From Felis catus (taxonomy: Eukaryota): a stretch of 64,000 bases of DNA. Of this stretch, positions 1 to 9,994 are shown one piece after another. The first letter of the stretch is position 1. Each line of letters begins with the position of its first letter. The notes under the pieces are model-generated. The model saw only the letters and a program-made list of their open reading frames with translations. It had not been told where the DNA came from and ran no database searches. The DNA is taken from assembly GCF_018350175.1 (NCBI RefSeq), contig NC_058372.1, positions 30,504,001-30,568,000 on the forward strand. The letters are read 5' to 3'. Position numbers and translations under genes: made by a program.

Positions 1-1154
1 CTCATGTCACTATAAAGGCCTATATCAGCACCCAAAGCAACCTTCGTGCACCCTCCCAGGCACTTCTAACTTGGGTAGCCGCTGTCCTGAGTTGTAGCTG
101 CTTAGAGGAATTTTGTCTGTGTGCTTGGTACAAAGGGCATCATGCAGCATATACTCTTACACAACATTTTGCACATATGTTAGCAGAGATCCCTGGCCCT
201 TTAAATAGCCTATGCTCTGGCAGGAAACCCCAATATTAATTGGTAGGTAAGAGAGCAGTGTGGGGGGGGGGGGAGGTGTACAAAAATAAGTACAAACCTT
301 CAGTGTGCCCTCCTGTCTGGGCCCACTTTCCCCCCATCATCTCTGACTTCAGTGTAGAAGTCTAGGTTTATACAGCTCTAGCAAGTCGAACTAGACGATG
401 GTCTCAGAGGCTGAGGAACCCAAGGCCCAAGATTAGGCAGTAACTTCCCACATGGTCCTTGAAGAGGGAAGCTGAGCCTGGGTTCCGGCCAGGGCTCCAC
501 TAGATCTAGTGGCTCTTCCACAGGGTGCTTCCCCCCACCCTCTCCCTGGGCCTGGTCCCAGGCCTCATAGCTCCACTCCCGCCAGCCCTCACCTCCCACA
601 CCGTGGACCTCCCCCAGCCCAGGCCCCACATAGCACTGCCAAGGGTGCCCACTGCCCTTTTGCCCTTCGCCACAGAAAGGCTTCCAGTTCTTCACCTTTT
701 GTGCCTAGAGCTGAATCCAAGACATGGAGGTCGGGCAGAAGCAGAGTTCAACAGAGCTGGGAGCCCCGAGGTGGGGCAGTCAGGTGGGACCTCAGCTTTC
801 CTCAGCCTCCACCACTACCAGAAGAGAGAGACGAGCTCTACAGTTTGTACACCAATTTATTTGCGAGGAACACCTGGGGACTTGAGGCTAGAGAGGCCCA
901 TGGTGGGAGAAGGGGCAAAGCAAGGCCAAGAAACAGCTGAGAGATGGGAGGAGAGAAGAGTAAAGCCATCAAACCGTGAGGACTTGAAGGGAAAACTCAG
1001 AATTCTGGAGAGGGGACCTGGGGGAGGGGCTGAGTGGGAAGAGGGGTGTTGGGTGTCAACTAGGAGGCCAATAGGGCCGGTAAAAGGGACTAGAAGTTGT
1101 TCTGGCTCTGCCACCCAGATGGAAATCAGGAAGATGGATGGCAACTAGCAGGGT

Positions 1155-1160
1155 TTTATT
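1155..1160 (-). terminator. AATAAA poly(A) signal of LY6G5C (a second AATAAA lies at 856-861)
   Basis: tttatt on + strand about 22 nt past the stop codon. Confidence 0.7.
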
Positions 1161-1181
1161 CTAAAAGTCTCTGCGGAAGTT

Positions 1182-2328
1182 CTAAGGAATATAGAACACT
1201 CTGTTCTGAGGGTTATTGCAGAACTCCAGGAAGCAGCATCGAGAAAATATCCAGAAGCCAAACACTGGAGAAGAGCGGGTATACGAACAATCACTCATCT
1301 GCTCCTTGCGGCGGCAGTCACTCACCATGATGTCAGAACCACTGCCTGGGGAAGGATGGCAGCAACCAGTGATACAGACATCTCAGGTCCCAGGCACAAT
1401 CCCAGACTCTTCCATCCCCTCCCTCCACATGGACTTACCATCACTGATCCCACACCCTTCCCTGACCCCCCCAAATGCCAAGATTCCTGGAACTGGACAG
1501 GGGCAGGAATGCCAGGGAGTCACCAGCTATGGATCCCATGGAAGACTGGTGGGAAAGAGCCATTCAAAATAAAGTGATGCGGGGCACCTGGGTGGCTCAG
1601 TTGGTTAAGCATCCGACTTTGGCTCAGGCCATGGTCTCACAGTTCGTGAGTTCAAGCCCCGCATCTGGCGCTGTGCTGACATGACAGCTCAGAGCCTGGA
1701 GCCTGTTTCAGATTCTGTATCTCCCTCTCTGCCCCTCTCCGACTTGTGCTCTCTCTGTCTCTCTCTCTCAAAAATAAATAAATATTAAAAATTTTTTAAA
1801 AATACAGCGATGGTTGGAGGGGGCTGAGTTGGGTCTTGCTGGGGGAGAACTAGCACTTCAGCTGGGACCATAAAAAAAAAGTTGGGAGATGTATTGGAGG
1901 TCAGATTGCAAAGAAAAGGTGTTTGTCATCATTTTATGGAACAAAAGAGAAGTTGGTATCTCTTGCTATTATATATATATTAGAGGGGGAAAAAATGTGT
2001 TCACAGGGACATTCATTCCTGCCCTGCTTGAGAGAGGAAAAAATTAGAAGCAACCTACAGATCCGTCAATAATGGGATTGTCAAACTCTGCTATGCCCAT
2101 GCCATGGAGAACCATGCAGCAGGTCAGAAGAACAGGGAAGCTGTTTACAAACTGATATGGAAACTTAAAATTCCCATGACTGTTCATTTTAAAAAACCAA
2201 GTGCAGGGTGCCAGGGTGGCTGAGTCAGTTGAGCATCTGACGCTTGATTTTGGCTCAGATCGTGATCCTGGGGTCATGGGATTGAGGCCCACGTTGGTCT
2301 CTGTGCTGAGCGTGGGGCCTACTTAGGA

Positions 2329-2373
<45 letters not shown>

Positions 2374-5300
2374 CCCCCCCCCACCACCATCTTCCTCCCT
2401 CACTCCCTCTGTCTCTACCTCTCTCTCTCAAAAATAAATAGATGATAGATAGATAGATAGATAGAGGCACCTGGGTGGCTCAGTCAGTTAAGCATCTGAC
2501 TTCAGCTCCGGCCATGATCTCGTGGTTTGTGAGTTCAAGCCCTGCATTGGGCTCTGTGCTGACAGCTCAGAGCCTGGAACCTGCTTCAGATTCTCTCTCT
2601 CTCTCTGTCTCTCTCTCCGCCCCCCCTCTAAATAAACATTTTTAAAAGTTTTTAATTAATAAAAATGTATAAAAAGCAAGTGCACACCAGTGTTTACAGT
2701 GGTATGCTACTGTTTATGGAGGAAAGAAAAAGAGGTGAAACAACATATTTGCATAGAGTGAGATGTACACAAAAGATCACAGAAAGGATATCAAGAATGT
2801 GGAAAGATGTGGGGCATCTGGCTCGCTCAGTAGAGCATGTGACTCTTGATCTCAGGGTTGTAAGTTCGAGCCCCACGTTTGGTGTAGGGATTACTTAAAA
2901 ATGAAAAAAAATCTTTAGAAAAAAAAGAGAATAGGAAGATTAGTTTTGTGTTGTTTGTGCATGAGAGCTGGGTGGCTTGTGCCAGGAGTGGGAGGGAGAC
3001 TTCTCTTTGATGAGGTTGAGTACTCTGATATTGAACCAAAAGCATAATAAAAGGACTTGAATTTTAATTTGAAGGCAAGTTTATGCAGTGGTTGTTAAGA
3101 GCACCATCTCCGGAATCACCACAAATTGTGGTTCAGCTTCTAGGAGAGTTGGGCAAGATTTTGACCTTTCTGGGCGTCTGTTTCCTCATCGGTAAAATGG
3201 GGATAGCAATAATAAAAAACCTGTCTGAGAGGGTGGTAAGTGCTTAGAACAGTGCTGGCACATAATGTGTTCTGTGTTTGTTAAAAAGAGCGGAGGAGGG
3301 GGCCCCAGCTGCTCAGTCAGTAGAGCATAGGACTCCTTGATCTAGGGGTTGTGAGTTCAAGCCCCATGTTGGGCATTGAGCCCACTAAAAAAAGCAGGGG
3401 TGGAGGGCGGGGAGTGAGGGATCGTGTGGAAGAGCAGGCATGAGAAACAGGGACTGCAGTTTCAGGAAGTTGAAACTGAGGTGGAGCTGTCCAGAGGGCA
3501 ATTTCACATGACAATTTGGCCTAACATTCACATTCATAAGGAAGCAGAGCAAATCCTCTGGGGAGAGTGAAGTGGGAAGACAGCTAATGCCTAAATTTTG
3601 GTGAACGTGAACCATTAGGGGTCTCCCTGAACAGACAGAGAGAAGGCAGCCTGAGGAGAAGCCGGGGGATCTAGTGATCACAAGCCTCCCCCACAAGGCC
3701 GGGTGCTGTAAGAAACGCATACGCCATGGGGCGCCTGGGTGGCTCAGTCGGTTGGGCGTCTGACTTCAGCTCAGGTCATGATCTCACGGTCTGTGAGTTC
3801 GAGCCCCGCGTTGGGCTCTGTGCGGACAGCTCAGAGCCTGGAACCTGTTTCGGATTTTGTGTCTCCTTCTCTCTCTGCCCCTCTCCTGCCCTGCTGTCTC
3901 TCTGTCTCAAAAATAAATAAAAACATTAAAAAAAAGAAACGTGGACACCAGCCAGCCCCATGAGGGAACAGGAGGGGTGGAAGTGGAGACAGAGAATGGC
4001 TCTGAAGGTGAGGAAGGAGAGAGCATGACAAGCACTCTCTAGGTAGGGGTTGTAGGAACCAGACTGTGGGGTACAGCTGAGAGATGCAGCTCAGGAATGG
4101 GTCGGGCCAAGGACAAGCAGCTCACTGTTCTTTATGAGCAGAGTCATGCAGCTGCTGCCAGGAGGGGCAAGGCAGATGTCAGATCCCAGAAGGCATCCCA
4201 ACTCCTTGGTCTCCAAGAGGCATCGATAGCAGCGCAGATATTTGGAGAACTGAGCTGGATGAGGGGGTTCCGGATTGACAGGATCAAAATTACCTAGAAC
4301 ACAGAGCAACACTGACTCCAACCCCACCTAATTTCCAGGCTGGTCAAGCCCATTCTTCCCTCCCCAGCTTCCCATCTCAGAAAACCATGAAATCACCCGT
4401 TCTTTAAAACCATCTGGCTTAATCCTCTATCAGAGGCTTTCGTCAGTTTTAAAACCTCCATTCTCTGCTCTTATACCTCCTGAAATAAGGAACTCATTAA
4501 GGAATTCATTTACTCATTCAACATGTATTTTGAGGTACTACCATGTGCCCAGCACTCGGCAAGCTCCTAAGTTCAAAGACTAAGCAGAAGCAGTTAATTC
4601 CAGCCTGGGCAGTTCTGTGAGGACAGTTCTTCTTCTGGGACTTGGTTTCACAGTCTCCCCACCCCTATGGACCCCCTTTTGAATATGCTTTCTTAATCTG
4701 TAATGTTCAGTGAAAACAAGAGTGCATCATCACAGGACAAGAGGAATCTATGCTTTGTGTGGACAGGAGACTTCGAGTGGCCCCCCATCACATTATTTGT
4801 TTGGTGGTCTAATCACTGGAAAGACCCATATTAAACTTTGTCCACCAAAGCCTTCCCCACCTACGTGTATATATGCTCCCTCTTCCTCTTGTTCCAGGCC
4901 CAGATCACATGTCAGTGAGTCCCCAGACCCAGCAGAACACCTAGTGGGAGGCAGATACTGAACAAACACTTTGAATCCTGTTTCTATATAGACAGTGTTT
5001 TGCAGCCATGTTGAGGAGGTTATCAGGCTAGATTCAGCCTTGTTCTACTGGGTGGATCCTGGTTCTGTTATCTAGCATGTTCTCGGAATCCTCCCTATTC
5101 TGTACTGCCCCAGATTTAAATGGAGTCCTTTCAGTATCTGCATTTAGGTCACTGCTGTTGAGACAGCCCTGGGGTAATAACTAGAGATCTTCCTCAGAGT
5201 GAACAGCAGTCCATTACCAGTCCCTAGGCATTATCTCACCAAGTCCATCCATCCCATCTTTCCCTCTGCTTGGTTTTACCTGAGCATCCTGGGCAGATGT

Positions 5301-5461
5301 GCCCAGACACCTGGTATCTGTGGGTCTCTCTATCCAGCAGACCAGGAGACCCTTCTGACCCCTTAGAGCCACTTACCAAACACCAAGCTCCTCATGACCA
5401 GCACTATTAAAAGGACCATGTACAGGGCTTGGGAGGTGCTATGAAGGCCCATGGGCTCCAT
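1182..5461 (-). CDS. LY6G5C: Lymphocyte antigen 6 family member G5C (secreted-type Ly6/uPAR protein), 138 aa, 3 coding exons
   Basis: Exons 5377-5461 (MEPMGLHSTSQALYMVLLIVLVMRSLVF), 4126-4293 (GNFDPVNPEPP...LRCYRCLLETKELGCLLGSDIC...SCMTLLIKN) and 1182-1345 (SSGSDIMVSDC...RCCFLEFCNNPQNRVFYIP*). All GT-AG, phase 1/1, 417 nt, 10 Cys, no GPI tail. Confidence 0.95.
1581..1803 (+). mobile_element. CAN-SINE (SINEC)
   Basis: ggggcacctgggtggctcagttggttaag head, (CT)n, A-rich tail, degenerate TSD aaaataaagtgatg/aaaatacagcgatg. Confidence 0.9.
2206..2665 (+). mobile_element. Two tandem CAN-SINEs (about 2206-2440 and 2465-2665) with (CT)n and (GATA)n microsatellites
   Basis: Two tRNA-derived heads, CT tracts and A-rich tails. 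Confidence 0.85.
2811..2920 (+). mobile_element. Short older CAN-SINE
   Basis: ggggcatctggctcgctcagtagagcatgtgactcttgatctcagggttgtaagttcgagcccc followed by an A tail. Confidence 0.8.
3085..3285 (+). mobile_element. MIR fragment
   Basis: MIR core tgtttcctcatcggtaaaatgggga...taagtgcttagaacagtgctggcacata. Confidence 0.7.
3299..3392 (+). mobile_element. Short older CAN-SINE
   Basis: gctcagtcagtagagcataggactccttgatctaggggttgtgagttcaagcccc followed by an A tail. Confidence 0.75.
3728..3935 (+). mobile_element. CAN-SINE (SINEC_Fc-like)
   Basis: Canonical head and tail; flanking aagaaacg repeats. Confidence 0.9.
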
Positions 5462-5699
5462 ACTCCGGCTACCTGCAGGGCCTGCTGCCTACTAGCCTCC
5501 AGTTGGGGCTTATATTGGTGAAAGAGAAGTTGGCCAAGAGGAAAGAGAGAGGCAACACCCATTTGGGGTGGAAATCAGTCCCAGAACAGCCAGAGAAACA
5601 GAGTGTCCTCACCCACGGCCACTCTAAGACCTAACATCCTGGCTTGGGGACAGGACCCAGACAAAAGGGGAATGAGAGGGAAACTTTTTTTTTCATATT

Positions 5700-6140
5700 T
5701 ATTCTACAGAAGTTTACTGAATCACTGTATCAGGTGTTGGGGATACAACATTACACAAAATCCCTGCCCCCACAGAGCTGTCTAGTGGGGGAGACAACAA
5801 ACAATGATGGGGCGATGGAGGGGGAAGGATGAGTACTTCCCGGGGAGCACCTGGGCAGTCCTGAGCACTGACCAAAGGAGCAACAAGATCAGAGTTCTGT
5901 TTGTAAAAGATTGCCGAGGCCGGGAAACCAGTTAGGAAGCTATTCCTGAGTCCCGTCACAAGATGGCGGCCTGGTCTGGCAGAAGAGAGGCAAGGAAAAG
6001 ACGAATGAATCTGACATTTATTTAGAAGGAAGACTGGACAGATTTGCAGTTAGACTGAATATGGAAAGAGGAAAAGTGGGGGATAGGCTTGCCCAAGGAG
6101 GTGATTGGTGGTACCATTTTTCAAGATGGGAACAACGTGG
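5700..6140 (-). mobile_element. LINE-2 fragment
   Basis: Purine-rich L2 signature gggaaaccagttaggaagctatt...agatttgcagttagactgaatatgg. Confidence 0.55.
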
Positions 6141-6199
6141 AACTGTCAGAAATCTAGAAGCGAGGACACCTGAGTCCCGACTGACCTATTTAGCCCAGT

Positions 6200-7620
6200 G
6201 GCCCCTGTGGGTTCCAGGTAACTAGCCAGCACCTTTCCTTACGCCCCCTTTTACCCCACCCCGCCTAAGCTCCGCTGCAGGTCAGTAACTCTGATCTCCG
6301 GCGCCCACAAGGCTCCGGCACCGGGCTCTCGCTCTCCGAGCCTGACTGCACTTCAGGGCTCCCAGGAGGAAGCGGGGGCCGCCCTCTGGCCACTCTCAGT
6401 TCTCTGCCGGGGTCGGGGGTGGGGGGGGGTGGCTGGCTGGCAATGAAACCTGGGAAAACATGCCTGGCGTCAGACCTAGCCTTCCGCCCCTAACAGACGC
6501 CCAGAGCACCACGCGGCTTCCCCGGAAGGAGGCGCTGTGGCACCACCAACCCACCGGGCAGGAGGCTAACGCCGCAACCAAAGAGCGGAGGTGGGCGTCC
6601 CAGGAGCCCCGCCCACGTCCTTTGCTGGGGTCCGCCTTTACTGTGGGGTTCGCCCGCTGAGCTCCTTCAAGCGACCAGCTCAGCACGCACCTCGCCAGGT
6701 CAGGGTCTCTGAGAGACTCAGGGTTTTCCCTTTAAGGGTCGGGGGTGCTGTAGGAAGAGCTCGGCGTACAGGAGCAAACCACCTGCTCCAGTTTCTGGTC
6801 TGGAGGTTTGGGGTGCGGCCCTGAGAGAGGGCTCCCTGCTTACAGTCCCAGACCATCCGAGAATCATTTGGCCTCGGGGCGCTGATGGGGAAGATGGGAA
6901 GAAATCGACTCAGATTTGAGCCAAGAAAGACGGACAGGAAAGAAAGAATACGAAGGAAAACGCACGCCACTGCGTGCCCAAGAGCCTTGGGATAAATGAA
7001 ATCAGACAATTGTATTATTGAAAAATCGGAGTAATGAAGATTTGGGGAGGAGCGCCTGGCACCTGCATAAATGTCTGCTGAATGAACGACAGAGTGGTAG
7101 ACAGAATCAGAGAGCGGAGGCTCCTCTTGAAGCGAACGGGCAGAAAGGAGTTAGAAGGGAATTTCACAGCGTCCTCTGAACCCGGCCTGCGGATAGCCGG
7201 AGGGAAGATAGGGGCGGTATTTCGAGGCTGGGTTCGGTGCGAGCTAGGAGAGTGGTTCCACGGAAGGGGCGTGGCCTCAGGGCATTAATCCAGTCCCAGT
7301 TTCATTTTGCTACTCCTCAGTCTAAACGGCTGGGCGCGGCCAGTGCGCTTGCCGAGCCTGGTGAGTTCGTTGCCGCGGTGATGGGCTTGGTGGAGGCTTT
7401 CCAGGGGTGAAGAGGCGGGGCGCTGCTGTAGTCGCCATGGTGATAGCAGCCGAGGACAGTTTCTGCGCGGAGTGCCTTGGGGACGCGGGATACCGGTGGG
7501 GGTAAGCAGCCGAGTGACGAAACAAAGGAGGTGGGGCCTGAGGAGAGAATGCTACAGTCAGGGCTATGGGCGGGGCAAACAAGGGGGCGGGGAGCCAAGT
7601 TCTGTTCGCTGAGCAGCTAG
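6200..7620. promoter_or_regulatory. Intergenic CpG island with GC boxes and RFX-like motifs
   Basis: High CpG density; GGGGCGG-type boxes near 7211, 7424, 7568 and 7584; X-box-like GTTGCCGCGGTGAT (7369-7382) and GTCGCCATGGTGAT (7431-7444). Confidence 0.75.
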
Positions 7621-8127
7621 ACCAGGCGGTGTGGAGTGGAACTAGAGAGCAGCGATCTTTAACCCGCATATAAATGAATGAAAGAAAAAAAAAAAAAAAA
7701 AAAAGACTTGGTTCCTGAGGGAGTTGGGATGGCTTGTTGGATGGATGAATGAACGGATAAGTACCTGGCCCTCACTCCCTTGTGACAGCTGGGAGGGAAA
7801 CACCTGACCCTCTCGGGGGAGTCGAGCAAATCCTCAGCCCAATCACCAAGCCCTGAGCCTACTCCCGCAACTCACACTGAAAGCAGCGCAGGGCGAGCCC
7901 GGGCCCAGCCCAGGGCCCACCTCTCCTTCCCAGGTTTCCTGCCCAGGTGTTAATCCTTCTTTGTCCCAGCCTCCATCCTCTCTCCCCGTGTACCCAGCTC
8001 CTCGGGGGCGCCTGGGCGTCCAGACCTTGCCTGGTGCCCAGTAAGGCAAGGTCCAGAGTTCCAGCAGATGTGGGGGGTCTGCATCTCGGCTGTTCTTCTC
8101 CTGGGACTGTTGGAACCCTGCTATATA
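6680..8127 (-). pseudogene. Decayed LY6G5C-like Ly6/uPAR paralog (putative unannotated pseudogene)
   Basis: TATATAG at 8121-8127; exon 1 8031-8084 (ATG, frameshifted signal-like LLELWTLPYWAPG, GC donor); exon 2 7776-7938 (GNLG...LALRCFQCELRE*AQGLVIGLRICSTPPRGSGVSL, 13/33 gapless identities to LY6G5C exon 2, donor A|GTGAG at nearly the homologous position); exon 3 from 6881 (strong acceptor, ...RMVWDCK vs LY6G5C IMVSDCR). Confidence 0.7.
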
Positions 8128-9761
8128 GGGTGAGGAGTGGACAGGGAGCTGGTCCAACCGGGGGCAGGGGGTGGTGTGTGTGGTGGTTCTAAAAACAAAG
8201 AGCTGATGTGAGCTTTATCACGTGGGGAGTAATCTAAGGAGGTAGACTGAGGCCCCTGGGGTTCGGTGGTCCAGAATTCAAATGTTAAGCCTCCCCTCTC
8301 CCCACCCACTTCAGTTATCTGAGGGCTCTTCATGGCATCCACTGTTCTTTATGCAGGAAGAAGGGGAAGGGGGAGGTGATGGTAGAGGTCAGTCAACAGA
8401 GTCCCTAGTGGCCTTGGCCAGGAAGGGGGAGTCCTTTGTCTCCAGGGTGTGGGAGGTGGGGCTAAGTGCCCCCTATTTGCATTCAAGGAGGTTGTTACCT
8501 TAACTGAACAGACTTGTTTTCCAGGAGGCTAACTGTCCTGGTGGATCCTGGAAGGTGAGGTTCAGAACCATCCAGCTGGACCTACAGCTTCATGCTCCAC
8601 ACTCCCCAACCTGTTTGCCCCCTGGGATGGGACAGAGGAACAGAGTGCCAGTATCAACTCTCCAGTGTTTGCTAAAGGTGGAGCATTCTGGAGCTGTGGC
8701 CACCTCTTCTCTTTTGACCCCAATTATCAGGTATATCACCTGACAAGTCTCAGATCACCCTTCCAGTGGAGACTCAGTATGCCCCCACTGAAGGAGCTGG
8801 TGAGCTGGTGAGGGCAGACAGCCTCTGCCCAGAGACTGAGGAGGAGCTTCATGCCCTGGGGTTCCAGGAGACACTGATATTAGCCAGAAGCTATCTAGGA
8901 TATTAGAACATTGTTGCTTGCCCACGTTGAGCTTGTTCAAAACAGAGGGCCAAGGAGGGTAACCCTGGGAGCGTTTCAGCTAAAAGAGGTTTCCCAAGAA
9001 GAAGGTGGCCAGGCAACAAACTGACAGGTGGGAGGAAAACTCATTCTGTTCCATGAAGTCTGAGGATTGGAAATAGGACAGAAGTTACAGGAAGCCAATT
9101 TCCTTGGGTTCACCTTAGGGATTTTCTTCTAATAGCGTCCAGAAAGGTGAAGTGTGGCTCTGGGAAGCCTCAGTCCCTGGCAGGCCCTGTCACTGAACTG
9201 CAACAGATGCGTGAAAGCGACAAAGGCACGGTGAAGAGGTGTGTAGGGTTTGCCGCAGAAGACATGGGGAGTGGGCTGTTCCTCACTCCCCCTTGGAACA
9301 GCAAGAGCTGAGTAAGGAAAACTGGTGATACTTAAGGTGAAGCCATGCAGGTTGGAGATGGAAATCTGTAGAAGAGCCAAGTAGGGGAAATCAGGTACTA
9401 GAAAACACTTTGTAAGTGAAAGCTCTGGAGCTCTTAGCAAAGAGGGGGCAACCGTGAGCTCCTACAGTGGCTGCAGGGTTATGCAGGAAGGACTGGGGCG
9501 CAGGCTAGGGAGGCTGCACGTGTGATACTACTAGACACACTAGCCAATGGGGAGGCTTGGGGACCCACTACATGAGGAGAGCTCAGGTTGGGGGCTGGAG
9601 GCCTGGGAGAACAGCAGGGATGGGGAGGGTTAAGTTGGCCGGCTGGAGTCAGGTTCCCCAAAGCCCGGCTCTTTGCAGCTTCAGCTGTCACCACTACCGG
9701 CCCCAAGCTCCTGGACACTTGGAAAGTCACACAATTAGCCAGCCTGTAGAAAAAATACCTT

Positions 9762-9767
9762 TTTATT
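9762..9767 (-). terminator. AATAAA poly(A) signal of ABHD16A
   Basis: tttatt about 230 nt past the stop codon. Confidence 0.75.
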
Positions 9768-9994
9768 AATTATTAGGAATAATCCATTCACTGAATGCGG
9801 GGTATATGTTGGGGAAGGTTAGGTACTGCCAGATGGATGAGGGGAAACGTGCAATAGGGCAGTGAGAAGGGGGACAGCCCCCCACTTTCCACAAACTATA
9901 AATAGCAACGTGAACACAGAGAATCACAAATAAGAAGAGCCTTCCTCATGTCTCCTCTTATCCCACTCTTTCAGAATGAGTCCCACTGTGGTCC

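Noticed and set aside
378-695. Minus-strand ORF containing WQCYVG, superficially like a Ly6 start
   Set aside because: No second Cys, no downstream Cys spacing and no matching splice sites.
1-1150. LY6G5B coding sequence (expected by synteny) and the 207-aa ORF 525-1148
   Set aside because: No LY6G5B or Ly6 cysteine pattern found; the ORF starts at GTG and is low-complexity Pro/Gly/Glu-rich. LY6G5B probably lies just outside the window.
8068-8133. Plus-strand signal-peptide-like ORF MWGVCISAVLLLGLLEPCYIG with a donor
   Set aside because: It ends in phase 2 and hits a stop in the next candidate exons; it is the antisense of the relic Ly6 exon 1 and TATA region, which explains the locus better.
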